NCBI GenBank assembly: GCA_040954595.2
Contig: CM082592.2
Location: forward strand, 8,667,677-8,731,676
DNA: 64,000 nt
Direction of reading: 5' to 3'
Source of the DNA: Balanoglossus misakiensis
Lineage: Eukaryota > Animalia > Hemichordata
The notes beneath the pieces were generated by a model. The model was not told where the DNA came from, searched no databases, and saw only the letters and a list, made by a program, of their open reading frames with translations. The position numbers and the translations under genes are program-made. Positions within the stretch are counted from its first letter, which is position 1. Every line of letters begins with the position of its first letter. Shown here in pieces: positions 62,379 through 64,000 of the stretch.

Positions 62379-63778
62379 CTACACGCCTGCTAACACTATA
62401 TTCTTTTTGTAGCACTCAAAACTGCACAACGGCGTACCAGTCTTTGAACAGCAGTACTTTTTCGTGTTGTTACATCCAGTCACTCCGCACACCTGTCTTC
62501 TTTTTGATGGTCTGCAGAAAGAGAGAGATGAATCCAATAAAAATACGACGGATGAAAATCTTTGTAAGTCGAGTACCCTGACAGTTAGACACAAAGTGGG
62601 ATATGCATAGTGTAAGTGTAGGATGGGGCAGTTTCAGATAGCAGAAGTCACAGCCCCCACCCCATTCTAACCACTATGAAGAAAGCAAGACTCACTCGAC
62701 TAATATCTTCCTTTGCAACGGAAACTCCATCCCCGGTGGCAAGGAAATCGAAGTACCCTTGAGACTGTTAATGTATGTCACTTTCGGTGTCTCCACTGTC
62801 TTTGCGGACTTCTGTTTCGAACAGAAAGAATGAATGGAGCACTTTAAATGACTAAGAACTGTTATGTAAAAGGTTATTAACGGACAGCTTTTGTGAAGAT
62901 TTTTGTGTATGCGGCAATCAGTCAATGTGGGTGGACACTATGCAATGTAACGTTTTTCATTAAATGTGCATTACAGAGTAGAATGATGCAGGTGCATATT
63001 TTCTTTAAAGAAATGGACACTGATAAATTACCTTGCCTCCCTTGGCTTTTGTTTCTTGTTTTTTCAGCAATCGTTCAATTGTGTTCTTCTGCAAAGCAAA
63101 AGTTTAAATTTCAAAGGTTAAAAGTATCAGTACCACGTTAATATCTCATCAGACTATTGGGGCTCAGGGATTATTATGTTCACCTTATTTTCTTCTATTT
63201 TTTTCTGTGCCTGCTGCCGCCTTTTCTTGGCTTTCTGGGCTTTCCTCTGGAGCATTTCTTCGGTCATCTCTTGCTGCTTGTAACCTGACGGCAGCTCTAG
63301 AAGCGCTTGTTCTTGGTTTGGTCCATGCAGCATTGCTCTCTGAGCACAAAAAGGGAGTGAGGCGGAATTTGTTACAAAAAACATGCCACTTGAAATGAGG
63401 TGGAGATTCGACTGAGTGTTTGTGTGTGTGTGCTGACTTCCTTGCTGCATGACTTGATCTGCCATAACGCAAGTTTATCATCTACTGTGGCTTTAATAAT
63501 CTACAGCAAGTAACATACAGATAAATCTTGCTTCTAATAGTGATGATCATGAAGTGTGCATATTCTCCTCACCTGCCTCGCAGTCAGTAAAGACGGATCT
63601 TTTTTCTTCCAATTACTGTCTTCGTCCAGCTTACCCGATTCCAAGGCATTCAACCAGGCTTCTTCATCTGTATCATCGCCGCCCCCGGCCTTCTTTTCCT
63701 TTTTCTCTTTTTTGGCCGCTTCAGGTTCTGGTTGGGGTTCTGGCTCTTCTGCTTCCACTTCCACAGGGGGACTTTCGT
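62379..63778 (-). CDS. INO80B: INO80 complex subunit B (PAPA-1 and zf-HIT domains), 3' portion. Exons 63778-63573, 63339-63184, 63088-63032, 62811-62696, 62511-62379
   Basis: EEAWLNALESGKLD...LLTARQRAMLHG...LLELP...TEEMLQRK...RRQQA...ENKKNTIERLLK...CGVTGCNNTKKYCCSKTGTPLCSFECYKKN. Confidence 0.92.
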
Positions 63779-64000
63779 CTACAGATGATAAAAGTGCCAC
63801 TCTTTGATTTATCAGGATATAAAGAAGAAAGAAAGAAAAATAGCTCCACTTGTTTGCATTGACAGGCTAGCACCCAGCTGACGATATTCCGTAATCATTA
63901 ATTTGATCTACAAGAATGGCTCAAAGCCAGATAAACTTAACAGCAAAGGTTTGAGGTGTTTTCAGCAATAAGCATTGAAATAGCAATCAAATGCTCTACC

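Noticed and set aside
1-64000. CRISPR arrays, operons, prokaryotic defence systems, autonomous transposase or reverse transcriptase ORFs
   Set aside because: Spliceosomal eukaryotic genes throughout; no repeat-spacer array or transposase/RT motifs seen

Overview
Eukaryotic, intron-rich genomic DNA from an invertebrate animal; gene content and the Gly-rich carbonic anhydrase suggest an echinoderm-like deuterostome (inference). No prokaryotic features, CRISPR arrays or rRNA. Gene order: 3' part of a GRK2/3 (beta-adrenergic receptor kinase) gene (+), two tandem Golgi carbohydrate sulfotransferases with intronless ORFs (-), SVOP (+), RADX-like OB-fold gene (+), three signal-peptide alpha-carbonic anhydrases (+,+,-), a 151-aa single-pass Cys-rich protein (-) head-to-head with RPAIN (+), and the 3' part of INO80B (-). 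The most notable observation is in GRK2/3, which has two independent sets of tandem duplicated, apparently mutually exclusive exons (kinase hinge region and PH domain); in both sets the intron between the alternatives can fold into strong hairpins. Also notable: a predicted GPI-anchored carbonic anhydrase whose fold is interrupted by a ~175-aa Gly/His/Asp-rich insert with an RRRR site, sulfotransferases with a rewired PAPS-binding loop and a gene-conversion-like tract, and a TTAA-flanked ~90-bp MITE family. All exon structures and base pairings were derived by eye and need RNA-seq and folding confirmation.
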